From: a bacterium
Lineage (GTDB): Bacteria > Patescibacteriota > Saccharimonadia > Saccharimonadales > SZUA-47
NCBI GenBank assembly: GCA_030427125.1
Contig: JAUHXF010000002.1
Coordinates: 12,248-76,247 of the forward strand
DNA: 64,000 nt
Reading direction: 5' to 3'
Part shown: positions 9,620 to 21,863 of the stretch, in pieces
Numbering within the stretch: the stretch's first letter is position 1
Layout of the letters: each line of letters begins with the position of its first letter
Translations under genes and position numbers: made by a program
Notes under the pieces: generated by a model
Seen by the model: only the letters and a program-made list of their open reading frames with translations
The model's database searches: none
Told to the model about the DNA's origin: nothing

Positions 9620-10252
9620 GTGAGTTTAGGACTATTACTTGCAGTACTACTTGTTATAGCTGGTGGCACAGGAGTGGCGCTTTGGTTTATTTTACGTCCA
9701 CAATCGTCTGCGCATAAGGCGAAGCACTCAACCGGCAATAAGATAGACGACCTAACAGAGCAAGCAAAAGAAGATGTTGAACACATCTTTAATGACGAGT
9801 TTCGTGAAGAGCTCCGAAATCGTGGTCGTTTACATTTTGAGAAAATCATTGGTGAAAACGCGATGTTCTTGCAGCAAGATCTTCGCCTCACGACGTCACA
9901 GCTCAATGAATTCATGAAGAATGAGATTACGAGCGTGCTCAAGGAAGAGTTTTCAAAGTATGAAGAATCTATCAACGATGCAAAGCAATTGGCGATTGAC
10001 TCTATCCAAAAGACTCAATCGACGATCGAGCAGCAGCGTGAATTACTAACGCAACAGCTCAATAAGCAGCTTACAAGCGAGAAAGAAAAGAGTCTTGAGC
10101 GATTTGAATCGCATATGGCAGATATCGTAAACCATTATGTACTAGAAGCAGTTGGGGAACAGATTGATATGAGCGAGCAGTTAGATTTCATTCTCGCGCA
10201 AATGGAGAGAAATAAAGAAGCAATAATGAAGGACGTGAAGGATGGAGCCTAA
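9620..10252 (+). CDS. F-type ATPase subunit b-like protein (divergent)
   Basis: Single N-terminal TM followed by a long charged coiled coil; atpF position. Confidence 0.6.
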   Translation: MSLGLLLAVLLVIAGGTGVALWFILRPQSSAHKAKHSTGNKIDDLTEQAKEDVEHIFNDEFREELRNRGRLHFEKIIGENAMFLQQDLRLTTSQLNEFMKNEITSVLKEEFSKYEESINDAKQLAIDSIQKTQSTIEQQRELLTQQLNKQLTSEKEKSLERFESHMADIVNHYVLEAVGEQIDMSEQLDFILAQMERNKEAIMKDVKDGA

Positions 10253-10811
10253 TCGTCAGTTTGTTGTGCCTGTTAGTGTAGTTTCTCCGACTGATGTCGC
10301 ACGTCTGAAGCGTGAGATAGAATCAGTCGATGAATTTTTTAGGCAGTCTGAAATTCGTGCTGGAGGCGAGCCGAGCGCTCATATGCCACAGATGAGTAAG
10401 CTGATGGACCAGCTTATCGCTGCAAATCAACTAAACCTCTTACAAGAAGAAGATAGACAATGGATTGTAGACTCATTAGTTCAGCTAGATGCAAGCGCAC
10501 CTGTGCTACACATAAGCTTCAGCGTAGACCCACCAGGTTCACACGTACGTAAAATTGTTTCATGGTTACGTGAAAATGTAGACCCAGGTGTACTCGTTAC
10601 GGTGGGCTTGCAGCCAAATATTGGTGCTGGTTGCGTTGTTCGAACGACTAACAAGATTTTTGATATGAGTTTGCGTGAATTTTTTGCAAGCAAGCGAAGC
10701 TTTTTTGTTAAAAAACTGCATGATGCAATTTCTGACCCAGATAGTGTAGAGTTGCCTGCAAATGCTCAGGTCCAACAGGAACAGCCTGCGCAGCAAGGGG
10801 CACCAGCATGA
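10242..10811 (+). CDS. F-type ATPase subunit delta-like protein (divergent)
   Basis: C-terminal LVTVGLQPNIGAGCVVRTTNKIFDMSLR resembles the delta/OSCP C-terminal motif; atpH position, overlapping both neighbours. Confidence 0.7.
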   Translation: MEPNRQFVVPVSVVSPTDVARLKREIESVDEFFRQSEIRAGGEPSAHMPQMSKLMDQLIAANQLNLLQEEDRQWIVDSLVQLDASAPVLHISFSVDPPGSHVRKIVSWLRENVDPGVLVTVGLQPNIGAGCVVRTTNKIFDMSLREFFASKRSFFVKKLHDAISDPDSVELPANAQVQQEQPAQQGAPA

Positions 10812-12420
10812 GTACGATGACGGGGAATCAGCACTTTGATAAGCTTGTGGATGCTGGCAAACCAGTTGGTGAAGTTATTGGTGTCGAGAAGTTCATCGTA
10901 AAGGTGAAGGGGCTCCAGCCGTGTCGTGTTCATGCGCTTGTCATGTTCGATGATGGATCAAAAGGGTTTGTGCATCAAGTGTTGCGCGATCATGTTGTTG
11001 TGCTGCACTTGGGAGAAGTGGAGTTACGACTTGGTGCTATTGCTGTGATGCAACACGAGGAACTTGTCAGTAAGGTTGGAAAAGATTTCATTGGTCGTGT
11101 CGTTGATGTAACGGGAAAGCCGCTCGACGGCAAAGGGCCAATCGCTGCAGACGCCGTCTGGCCAGTGTTTAAGCCGGCTCCTGCGCTGTATGAGCGTAAA
11201 TTGCTTGATACACAGCTTGAGACTGGTGTGACTGCTCTCGATGCGTTGTTCCCGGTTGTACGTGGTCAGCGTATGGCGATGCTTGGTGATAGCAAATCAG
11301 GAAAAAGCACGCTGGCGACGCAAATGGTGATTAACCAGAAGAACACTGATCAAGTAGTGGTCTATTGTTTGATTGCGAAGCGCCGTACCGACATCGATAC
11401 ACTATTGTCACGATTAGAGGAAGCCGGCTCTCTTGATAAGGCGATCGTTGTTGTATCAACGATGTTTGAGTCGCTTATTATGAGCTATATTGCGCCGTAT
11501 GTTGCTTGTGCCATGGCTGAATATCTGTGGCAAGATCTAGGTCAAGATACGATTATTATTTATGATGACTTAACGTCGCATGCGCAGGCCTATCGAGAGG
11601 TTGCTCTATTATCTGGTGTGAGCCCGGGACGTGATAGTTATCCAGGTGATATGTTCTATGCTCACTCGAGTCTTCTTGAGCGTGCCGGACGCCTTGATCG
11701 TAATGGTGCACACTTAACCTCGATCCCGTTGATTAACGCGGCTGGCGGCGACATAACTGCTTATCTTCCAACCAACGTGATGTCTATTACTGACGGCCAA
11801 TGGATTCTTGATATGGACATCTTCCGTAATGGTGTTCGTCCTGCGGTCAACATGGGGTTGAGCGTGACACGTGTTGGTGGTGTTGGCCATCGAAAACGAC
11901 AAAAAGCCCTTGCCGCACAAACGTTAAAAATGCTCGCAGACTATCGGCAGTCAGAAGAGTTTTCACACTTCGGCTCAGAGTTAGCAGTGGAAGCAAAACG
12001 CGCACTTGAAACCGGTAAGCGTATGTTTGAGATCCTCACTCAAGGTCCTACAGACGTGTACTCTATTCCAGCGCAAGAGCTCATGCTCGATATTGTTCTA
12101 AACGTTGAAATGAACGAAACACTGGACGTCAGTCAGCTTATGCTAAACGTTAATGACATAGCGGCAACCATAAAAGACGACACTAATGATTCCGAATACG
12201 AAACAGCTAAAGCAGAATTGAAGAAGAAGTGTGTCAGCATGCTTGCAGGTGCTCCTGAACCAAAGAAAAAGTCAGAAGAGCCTGAAGGGGAAGAGGAAAA
12301 AGACGATAAAGATGCTGCAGGCGAGAAGAAAGATGATAAAAAAGAGACTAAGGAAGACAAAAAAGAGCCAGAGGTAAAGTCAGCCGGCGAACCAGAAACA
12401 AAAAATGAGGACAAGAAATA

Positions 12421-12421
<1 letters not shown>
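10808..12421 (+). CDS. atpA: F1-like ATPase alpha subunit (divergent)
   Basis: GRVVD..GKPLDGKG, RGQR, P-loop GDSKSGKST, YDDLT.HAQAYRE, PGRDSYPGDMFY.HS.LLERA, TNVMSITDGQ, GLSVTRVGG. Confidence 0.92.
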
Positions 12422-14587
<2,166 letters not shown>

Positions 14588-14588
<1 letters not shown>

Positions 14589-14905
14589 TGGCTGTTCGCC
14601 AGGACGCATCGACTGGCGAAATGGTCGATGATGGTAATAGCGAGCAGAGTTCCATTGATCCCACCATGATGGAGATCAAGGTCTATTCACCGTACCAGAT
14701 TTATTTCGACGAACAAGCGTACAGCATTAGTGCAGTAAATGACACCGGCCCTTTCGACATTCTAAAAGGGCATCACCGCTTTTTGACACTCTTGTCGCCA
14801 TGCGAGTTATTAATACGAGCTCAGAATGGTGAAGAAAAGATTAAGATTTCTCGCGGTGTTATGTATGTCAAAGAAGATAAAGTCACGGTCTTTTTAGACG
14901 TATAA
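14588..14905 (+). CDS. atpC: F1-like ATPase epsilon subunit, N-terminal beta-sandwich only
   Basis: IKVYSP....FD, GPFDILKGH..FLTLL, ISRGVMYV....VTV; stops before the C-terminal helices. Confidence 0.8.
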
Positions 14906-15009
14906 AACTTCTAGTACGAAAAACGACCTGGCTTTTTTCAAGGAGGGTCGTCCAAATGCGCTACTCAATTTTTGTGAGAAGCGGGGTAGGGACTACTTCC
15001 TATCTAATG

Positions 15010-16008
15010 TTAGTCAATGACGACGTAGTCAAATGAAATGCCGCCTGGAGATGGAGCGCTTGCGGCAGATATTGTGAAGCTGGTGTTTGAACGTGCACTT
15101 AAGTAATAATTGCCAGAACTGACAGTACTTGCTGAATTAGACACAGGCGTTATCACAACATGAGGATTTCCAGAGAATGCGCTTACGAAGGTGACAGTTG
15201 CTAGATTTCCTGCAGAGGCTCCTGAGCCGATGTTTACCGTAACTGTTCCTGCAGTATCGGTACCGCTAATAGAGACAGTACTGCCTGATCCGCCAGCACC
15301 ACCGCGTGTAACACTTGGTGTGGCTCCTCCAGCATCAATATGACGCGTGAAAGCGACATCTCCGTTTAACTGTAGGGAATCTAATGTTATTGAAGGCGCA
15401 GATAAATTACCGCCAAAACTAGCTTCGCCTGCTACGCTTAGATTCTGTTCAACCACCAATGTACCTTGGATGCTAGCGTCACCCGCAATGGAGAGTGCGT
15501 TTAAAAGCACCTCATCAAATTGACTTGTTCCTGAGACAGTAATTCCCGGTAAGTTAAGCTCTCCGCCGACTTTTATTGGTCCGGCGACATCGAGGCCGTC
15601 TCGAATCAGGACTTGTCCATTAAAAACTGAGTTTGACTCGACGGTGAGTAGCTGTTTCGGGTCCCCAATAGTAGCTTCATTGCTGCTAAGATTGTCGATT
15701 GCTTCTTGCGTTAACTCTTGAGTCTGTATTTGCTCAGCTTCGTTGGCTTGTCTGTTCCCTGTATTGACGACGATATAGACAATTATTAATGCTATGACAA
15801 GGATAAGAATGAATGCAAGTAAATAAACATTAAGTCTTGTCGCGACACGGCTTGCGAGTCCGCCTAGACCTTTCCCGCCTGCAGCAGGAGACTTAGCTTT
15901 CGTTTTCTTGCCGCTGTCTTCGGGTGTCTCGGTAACCTGTGTATCTTGATCTTCAAGGGTCTCGAGCTCACTACGTTCTTCGCTTGGTTTTTCTTCCACG
16001 TTTTCCAC
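15010..16008 (-). CDS. membrane-anchored fibre/adhesin-like protein (phage tail-fibre-like C-terminus)
   Basis: Reverse complement from 16008 reads GTG GAA AAC GTG (MENV), stop TAA at 15012-15010, so it is on the minus strand (track says +). One TM, Gly-periodic beta repeats, C-terminal TVTFVSAFSGNPHVVITP...TSFTI...FDYVVI. Confidence 0.75.
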   Translation of the reverse strand: MENVEEKPSEERSELETLEDQDTQVTETPEDSGKKTKAKSPAAGGKGLGGLASRVATRLNVYLLAFILILVIALIIVYIVVNTGNRQANEAEQIQTQELTQEAIDNLSSNEATIGDPKQLLTVESNSVFNGQVLIRDGLDVAGPIKVGGELNLPGITVSGTSQFDEVLLNALSIAGDASIQGTLVVEQNLSVAGEASFGGNLSAPSITLDSLQLNGDVAFTRHIDAGGATPSVTRGGAGGSGSTVSISGTDTAGTVTVNIGSGASAGNLATVTFVSAFSGNPHVVITPVSNSASTVSSGNYYLSARSNTSFTISAASAPSPGGISFDYVVID

Positions 16009-16162
16009 CTATTACGCTAGCAATATTAGCGTTATATTCGATTAAGCATAAGTGTAAACTAAATTGAAGATAATGTCACGGTGTTTCTAAGCAGTGCAAA
16101 TCCACAGCTTGCAGCTTAAGCATTATTGTGTGATACTGATTCTGTAGAAAGATTAAATAAAA

Positions 16163-16855
16163 ATGGCCTATAAAAAGGGAAGAAATCTCCACAAAAAGCG
16201 CGTACGAAGTAAGCGGACAATCGTTGCTTCGTTTATGTTGCTATTTTTGGCCATAATTGTTTCTGGAATAATTTTCGTAGATCGTATTTTGAGTGAGACA
16301 GAAAGTTCACGTTTTGTTGACACTGGGGTACAGGCGAAAGTTGAGTCGTCAACTATTAACATTTTCAGAACGCCGTATTTTCAGTTTCAAGCACCAAGGG
16401 ATTGGCGAGAAATAACAGAAGAAACGAACGAATCTCGATTTGTTTATCGAGGCTTTAAAGAGAATCTCGTTGAGCATCAATTGATTGTCGAGGTTGATAA
16501 TGACCGTACGCAGTTCCCTGTAGATATCGCAGATGAAATTACACGCGCATATCCGTTCAAGGAAGAAAATAATCGCATTGTTCCAACGGCGGGTATTTCT
16601 GACCATTGTGGTGATTTAGAAGAGGGTCTTCCAAATAAATTAATTCGTATGACGTATGAGAATACTGAATTCGACTGTGTTGTTGACGGCTCATCGTACG
16701 TTGTGTCATTAACGGAGGATGGAGGTAATGAAGTATTCACGCATGTTGGACAAGACGGGGTCGAGCGTACATTCCGCGTTACCTACCAGAACTCAGCATT
16801 TACACCAAGTGGCGCAATTCTACGTTCAATAGTAAAGACGTTCTTGCTTTTGTAG
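16163..16855 (+). CDS. single-pass membrane protein, extracellular domain unknown
   Basis: Basic N-terminus, TM (IVASFMLLFLAIIVSGIIFV), two Cys in the soluble part. Confidence 0.7.
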   Translation: MAYKKGRNLHKKRVRSKRTIVASFMLLFLAIIVSGIIFVDRILSETESSRFVDTGVQAKVESSTINIFRTPYFQFQAPRDWREITEETNESRFVYRGFKENLVEHQLIVEVDNDRTQFPVDIADEITRAYPFKEENNRIVPTAGISDHCGDLEEGLPNKLIRMTYENTEFDCVVDGSSYVVSLTEDGGNEVFTHVGQDGVERTFRVTYQNSAFTPSGAILRSIVKTFLLL

Positions 16856-16896
16856 ATTTATAAGTAAAAAATGCTACTATATAGGCTATAACGCTT

Positions 16897-17682
16897 ATGA
16901 AAAAAAATAGAGTTGTTCGAAATCTATTGCCTGTTGCATTTGCAGCGATGCTTCTTTTCGTGCCGTCGGTACGGACCTATGCACAAACGCCGAGCTCACC
17001 AAATTATCAGGTGCCAGAGAGTTCATTCAGTACGGGTGGTGACGTTGATGCGAGTTCGAGTGGTTTTCGCGCAAATGCGTCAGTGGGCGAGCTTGGCGTT
17101 GGCATCGCCGACAGCTTTAGCTATTCCGCTCAAGCAGGACTCATAACACCAAACGAAGAATTTCTTGAACTTGTCGTGCAGACCTCGAGTGTTGACCTCG
17201 GTACACTGCTTTCAACGACAACAGCTATTGGTTCAGGCGATTTTTACGTCCGTACCTATATAAACGGTAATTATGTCGTTCAGACAATGAGTCCAACAAT
17301 GACGAGTGAAGCTGGCAGCACAATCGACCCGGTAGTTACAGCAGCTATACCGGCGACAAACACGAATCAGTTTGGGATTAACCTGGTTGAAAATACCTGT
17401 CCCGCTAGTGTCTCGATAGATACACCTTGTGTAGGCACGTTTGGTACGAACCCTGCTCCAGCGCCTTCAACACAGTTTGCAAACGGGGAAGCCGCGACAG
17501 GATACGATACCGACGGTTTTTATCAATACAATCAGAACGATGTTATCGCTCAATCAGGCTCGGTCGGTGAAGCTTGGGGACGCACAAACTTCTCAGTGAG
17601 TTACATGGTGAACGTTAATAGTACGTTGCCCGCAGGACAGTACGAGATGAATCATGATTTGGTGCTCATCTCGACATTCTAG
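16897..17682 (+). CDS. secreted WxL/pilin-like beta-sandwich protein
   Basis: Signal peptide (TYA|Q), SSPNYQV, VDLGTL, QFGINL, C-terminal LPAGQYEMNHDLVLISTF. Confidence 0.7.
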   Translation: MKKNRVVRNLLPVAFAAMLLFVPSVRTYAQTPSSPNYQVPESSFSTGGDVDASSSGFRANASVGELGVGIADSFSYSAQAGLITPNEEFLELVVQTSSVDLGTLLSTTTAIGSGDFYVRTYINGNYVVQTMSPTMTSEAGSTIDPVVTAAIPATNTNQFGINLVENTCPASVSIDTPCVGTFGTNPAPAPSTQFANGEAATGYDTDGFYQYNQNDVIAQSGSVGEAWGRTNFSVSYMVNVNSTLPAGQYEMNHDLVLISTF

Positions 17683-17786
17683 CCTGTTGATAACTTTTTA
17701 AAAAAACCTTGTGCTTTTACAAAATTACTAGTACTATAATCACGCACTAACTTAAAACAAAAATACAATTTAAAAAGGAGAAGCGT

Positions 17787-19118
17787 ATGAAAATACGTCA
17801 TTTGCAGGCAGCTACGGCTGTTCGCAAGACTACATTGCTTGTAGCTTCTGCAGTGCTTGGCCTCACAGCGGCGATACCGCTCATGGGCATTGCATCAGCA
17901 GCTCCTCAGATAACTGAGCGAGAACTACAGGCTTCATCTGCTACACCGTCAGACACAGGTGTCACCCTCACATGGGTATTCGACACGACTGATCTTGGTG
18001 GAGCAACGAACGTCGATCATATAGAGATCGAATTCTGTGATACACCTCTCGGTACATGTAACACCGAGGTAGGTGACGCAGATAACGGAGCAACAGATGG
18101 TATACCACAATTACCAGGTGCTCCAACAGCAACGTTGTCTGGTCCATGGACAACGAACACGAACGCAGCTTCACGCGTTGCAGGTGACGGAGGTGGTACA
18201 AACAACCAAATCCTCGTCGACAAAACTGTTGTTGACGACACAAATAACGCTGACGAACTACAAATCGCAATCGGTGGCTTCACGAACGATGACGAAGCCA
18301 ACCAGTCATACTACACCCGAATGCGACTGTACAGCGATACAGGAACCACTCTTGAGTGGGAAGGTGTATTCGCACAAAGCACATCACAAACGTTGAACGT
18401 CTCAGCTCGAGTCCAAGAGCGTCTAGACTTCTGTGTTGGTGCAACTGTTACAGATACAGAAGCGGCAAACCTACGTAACAGCGGCGACACAGCTGATATT
18501 TCATCATGTGCTGATGTTGACGGTACAAACGTAGACCTTGGTGTTGTAGATTCAAACCCAAGTATCACACCTGTTTCAACTGCTGATGGTGGTAACCAGA
18601 CAAACGGTCTCGCCCTCATCAACACAAACGCTGTAGTCGGAACAACTGTTCAATATGCAGCTATTCAAGATGGTGCTGACGGTAAGCTTAAGGTTGACGG
18701 TGCAGTATGTACTGACAACGTTTCAGCAATTGACCAGTGTTTTAACAGCCTTGCAGCACAAGCTGCTCTATCTGGCGAAAGCTTTGGTATGACAGTTGCT
18801 GGTGTTAACTGTGATGTAAACGGTGGGACAGGATATACCTGTAACTACACAGCAGGAGACACAAGTCTTGGCCCTGTCGCAGCATTTACTGGCGGCACAT
18901 ACACAGCTGGTACAACAGGTTCTTACGGACACACAGCATTCCGCTGGGATGATGATGGTTCATATGTAACTATTGCTCAAACAAGCTCAGCTGGTACAGG
19001 AACACACGTCATTGACAACGAAGCTCTCATCCTCGTATTTGGTGCTCAAGCAGCCCTAACCACACCTACTGGTCAATACGATGTAGATGCAGACTTTGTT
19101 GCAACACCTACATTCTAA
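17787..19118 (+). CDS. secreted two-domain WxL/pilin-like surface protein, paralog 1
   Basis: AGGAG RBS, signal peptide (ASA|A), Thr/Gly/Asp-rich with Cys pairs, C-terminal TPTGQYDVDADFVATPTF. Confidence 0.8.
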   Translation: MKIRHLQAATAVRKTTLLVASAVLGLTAAIPLMGIASAAPQITERELQASSATPSDTGVTLTWVFDTTDLGGATNVDHIEIEFCDTPLGTCNTEVGDADNGATDGIPQLPGAPTATLSGPWTTNTNAASRVAGDGGGTNNQILVDKTVVDDTNNADELQIAIGGFTNDDEANQSYYTRMRLYSDTGTTLEWEGVFAQSTSQTLNVSARVQERLDFCVGATVTDTEAANLRNSGDTADISSCADVDGTNVDLGVVDSNPSITPVSTADGGNQTNGLALINTNAVVGTTVQYAAIQDGADGKLKVDGAVCTDNVSAIDQCFNSLAAQAALSGESFGMTVAGVNCDVNGGTGYTCNYTAGDTSLGPVAAFTGGTYTAGTTGSYGHTAFRWDDDGSYVTIAQTSSAGTGTHVIDNEALILVFGAQAALTTPTGQYDVDADFVATPTF

Positions 19119-19200
19119 GTACGACATAAGTTAACAATTAAAACGAATTCTGACGAAAAAATACGACGAAATCTCGTTTTAAGTTACGTGCAGTAACACG

Positions 19201-19244
19201 AAAAACTGGCCTTGATTCTTCTCAGTAAGAACAGGCCAGTTTTT
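19201..19244 (+). terminator. intrinsic terminator-like hairpin
   Basis: aaaaactggcct ... aggccagttttt inverted repeat with T tract after paralog 1. Confidence 0.7.
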
Positions 19245-19356
19245 AATTGTGGAAAATCACTCATTGCGCAGCACTTAAACGCTTGTGCTAAAAAGTGACT
19301 CGTGATATTCTTCTGTGGTACATCAACAAATAAAAACATTTAAAAAAGGAAAACAA

Positions 19357-20712
19357 ATGCAAAGTTTATATACTCGCATCTATAAAGACTTGCGAAAAAC
19401 TACATTGCTTGCACAAGCTGCCGTGCTAAGTATTGCAACGGTATTGCCGTTTGTAATGATGGGTATGGCCTCAGCAGCTCCTCAGGTTACTGAGCGAGAG
19501 TTGCAAGCATCAACAGCGATACCTGCAGATACAGGCGTGACACTTACATGGATATTTGACACAACTGATCTCGGTGGAGCAACGAACGTCGATCATATTG
19601 AGATTGAATTCTGTGATTCACCACTCGGTACATGTAACACCGAAGATGGTGGTGCTGATAACGGTGCTACAGATGGTATACCTATCATTAATGCAGCTCC
19701 ATCAGCTACTCTTTCTGGTCCATGGACGACAACAGCTGTCACGGCAACAACACGTCAAGCAGGTGACGGAGGCGGTACAAACAACCAAATTCTCATCGAC
19801 AAGACGAACGCTGATGACACAAACAACGCCGACGAACTACAAATCGCAATCGGTGGCTTCACGAACGATGACGAAGCTAACCAGTCATACTACACTCGAA
19901 TGCGACTCTATAGCGACACTGGTACAACCCTTGTCTGGGAAGGTGTCTTCGCACAAAGCACAGCTCAAACATTGAACGTCTCAGCTCGAGTTCAAGAGCG
20001 TCTAGACTTCTGTGTTGGTGCAACGGTAACTGACAGCGAATCTGCAAACCTACGTGATAGCGGTGACACAGCTGACATTTCATCATGTGCTGATGTTGAC
20101 GGAACGACTGTTGACCTTGGTGTTGTAGACGCTAACCCGAGTGAAACTCCAGTTGGCACTGCTGATGAAGGCAACAACACAAACGGTCTCGCCCTCATCA
20201 ACACCAACGCTGTGGTTGGAACAACTGTTCAATACGCAGCTATTCAAGAAGGTGGTATTACAAATGGACCAGGACGCCTCAAAGTAGATGGTGCTGAGTG
20301 TGACGCAAGTGCGACATCAACTACTGACCAATGTTTCACAAGTCTCGGTACAGCCGGTGCACTATCAGGTGAAAGCTTTGGTATGACCATTGCAGGTGTC
20401 AACTGTGACGTGAACAGTGGTGCAGGTTATACTTGTGACTACACAGCTGGCGACACAAGCATCGGTCCGGTAGCGGATTTTACTGGTGGTACATACACAG
20501 CAGGTACAACTGGCTCATATGGCCACACACAGTACCGATGGGATGAGGGTGGTTCATACGTAACTATTGCTCAAACAAGCTCTGCTGGTACAGGTACACA
20601 CGTCATCGATAACGAAGCATTGATCCTCGTATTCGGTGCTCAGGCAGCATTGACAACACCAACGGGACTTTACGACGTAGACGCAGACTTTGTTGCGACA
20701 CCTACGTTCTAA
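19357..20712 (+). CDS. secreted two-domain WxL/pilin-like surface protein, paralog 2
   Basis: AGGA RBS before ATG 19357; long identical blocks with 17787-19118; same C-terminal ATPTF. Confidence 0.8.
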   Translation: MQSLYTRIYKDLRKTTLLAQAAVLSIATVLPFVMMGMASAAPQVTERELQASTAIPADTGVTLTWIFDTTDLGGATNVDHIEIEFCDSPLGTCNTEDGGADNGATDGIPIINAAPSATLSGPWTTTAVTATTRQAGDGGGTNNQILIDKTNADDTNNADELQIAIGGFTNDDEANQSYYTRMRLYSDTGTTLVWEGVFAQSTAQTLNVSARVQERLDFCVGATVTDSESANLRDSGDTADISSCADVDGTTVDLGVVDANPSETPVGTADEGNNTNGLALINTNAVVGTTVQYAAIQEGGITNGPGRLKVDGAECDASATSTTDQCFTSLGTAGALSGESFGMTIAGVNCDVNSGAGYTCDYTAGDTSIGPVADFTGGTYTAGTTGSYGHTQYRWDEGGSYVTIAQTSSAGTGTHVIDNEALILVFGAQAALTTPTGLYDVDADFVATPTF

Positions 20713-20728
20713 GTACGGGGCATGAAGC

Positions 20729-21799
20729 GTGGGGGTTACCTTTGAGAAAGTAACATTCCTTGCCCTAGGCAAGAAGCTAGCACTACTCAGCGTGGTGCTA
20801 GCTTTTCTATTTGGATTTTTCAGCTTGCACGCTCGTGCAGATAACATCCTAGATCGTTCTATCGAGATTTCATCAGCGGTACCGGGAGAAGGAAACATAG
20901 ATTATGAAATAGACTTTCGGCCTGTAACTGCTAGTCCTATCGGGTCTGTTGTGTTTGAGTTTTGTGATAATTCACCACTGCCAAACGTCTCGTGCAGCCT
21001 AACAAACGGTCTCGATATCACTTCGGCAACACTAACAACACAGACTGGTAACACCGGATTTGTCGTTGGCGCTGCTGCTTCGCCTGCAACTCAGGTTCTT
21101 ATATCACGTGCTGTCGCACCGATTAACCTTGTGGATTCCAGTTACACATTTGCAAATATGCTTAATCCATCCTCACCGAACAGCACGACATATGTTCGTA
21201 TTTATCTTTATGCGAGTACAGACGGTACGGGTACGCCAGTAGATGAAGGGAGTGTTGCATTCTCAACTGCTGAAAACTTTAGCGTTGGAGCCTATGTCCC
21301 ACCTTTTTTAACATTTTGCGTTGGAGAGACGGTTGCTCTAGATTGTAGCTCGACAGCTGGAGATCTGCTCGAGTTTGGTGAGCTTAGCGAGTCCACGCCG
21401 CGTTCAGCGACTTCTCAATTCTCAGCTGCCACAAATGACCCTGAAGGATATAATATATTTTCGACTGGCTCAACAATGACATCAGGAAACAACATTATTA
21501 ATCCATTAACTGAGCAGACTCGTAGTATTTCAGGCGAGTCACAATTTGGTCTAAATTTACGTCGAAATGCGCAACCAAATGTTGGAGCGAACCCGCAAGG
21601 TTCGAACAGTGGCAGGCCTGCGAATGATTACAATAATCCGAATCGATATAAGTTTGAGAATGGAGCGGTTATCGCACGTTCACCAAACTCCACTGCCTAT
21701 ACCAGATATACAGTCAGTTATATCGTTAATATTTCTGAAGATCAGGCGCCGGGTAGCTATTCAACATCACTCATATATACTGCTATAGCATCATTTTAG
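20729..21799 (+). CDS. secreted WxL/pilin-like surface protein, more distant homolog
   Basis: Signal peptide (ARA|D); shares R.I..SSA.P, EFCD..P...C, YVRIYLY, LTFCVG, QFGLNL and PGSYSTSLIYTAIASF with its neighbours. Confidence 0.75.
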   Translation: MGVTFEKVTFLALGKKLALLSVVLAFLFGFFSLHARADNILDRSIEISSAVPGEGNIDYEIDFRPVTASPIGSVVFEFCDNSPLPNVSCSLTNGLDITSATLTTQTGNTGFVVGAAASPATQVLISRAVAPINLVDSSYTFANMLNPSSPNSTTYVRIYLYASTDGTGTPVDEGSVAFSTAENFSVGAYVPPFLTFCVGETVALDCSSTAGDLLEFGELSESTPRSATSQFSAATNDPEGYNIFSTGSTMTSGNNIINPLTEQTRSISGESQFGLNLRRNAQPNVGANPQGSNSGRPANDYNNPNRYKFENGAVIARSPNSTAYTRYTVSYIVNISEDQAPGSYSTSLIYTAIASF

Positions 21800-21863
21800 C
21801 TTGCCACAATTCATTGCATGGTATACTTGTGCTAAGCATAAAAGAAATAAAAGTGGAGAGGGT

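Noticed and set aside
15010..16008. ORF track labels this 332-aa protein as + strand
   Set aside because: The listed protein is only obtained from the reverse complement (GTG at 16008-16006, TAA at 15012-15010); annotated as minus.
17787..20712. Diversity-generating retroelement or invertible cassette behind the paralog pair
   Set aside because: Differences are not adenine-specific, both copies are full genes in the same orientation, and there is no reverse transcriptase or recombinase in the window.
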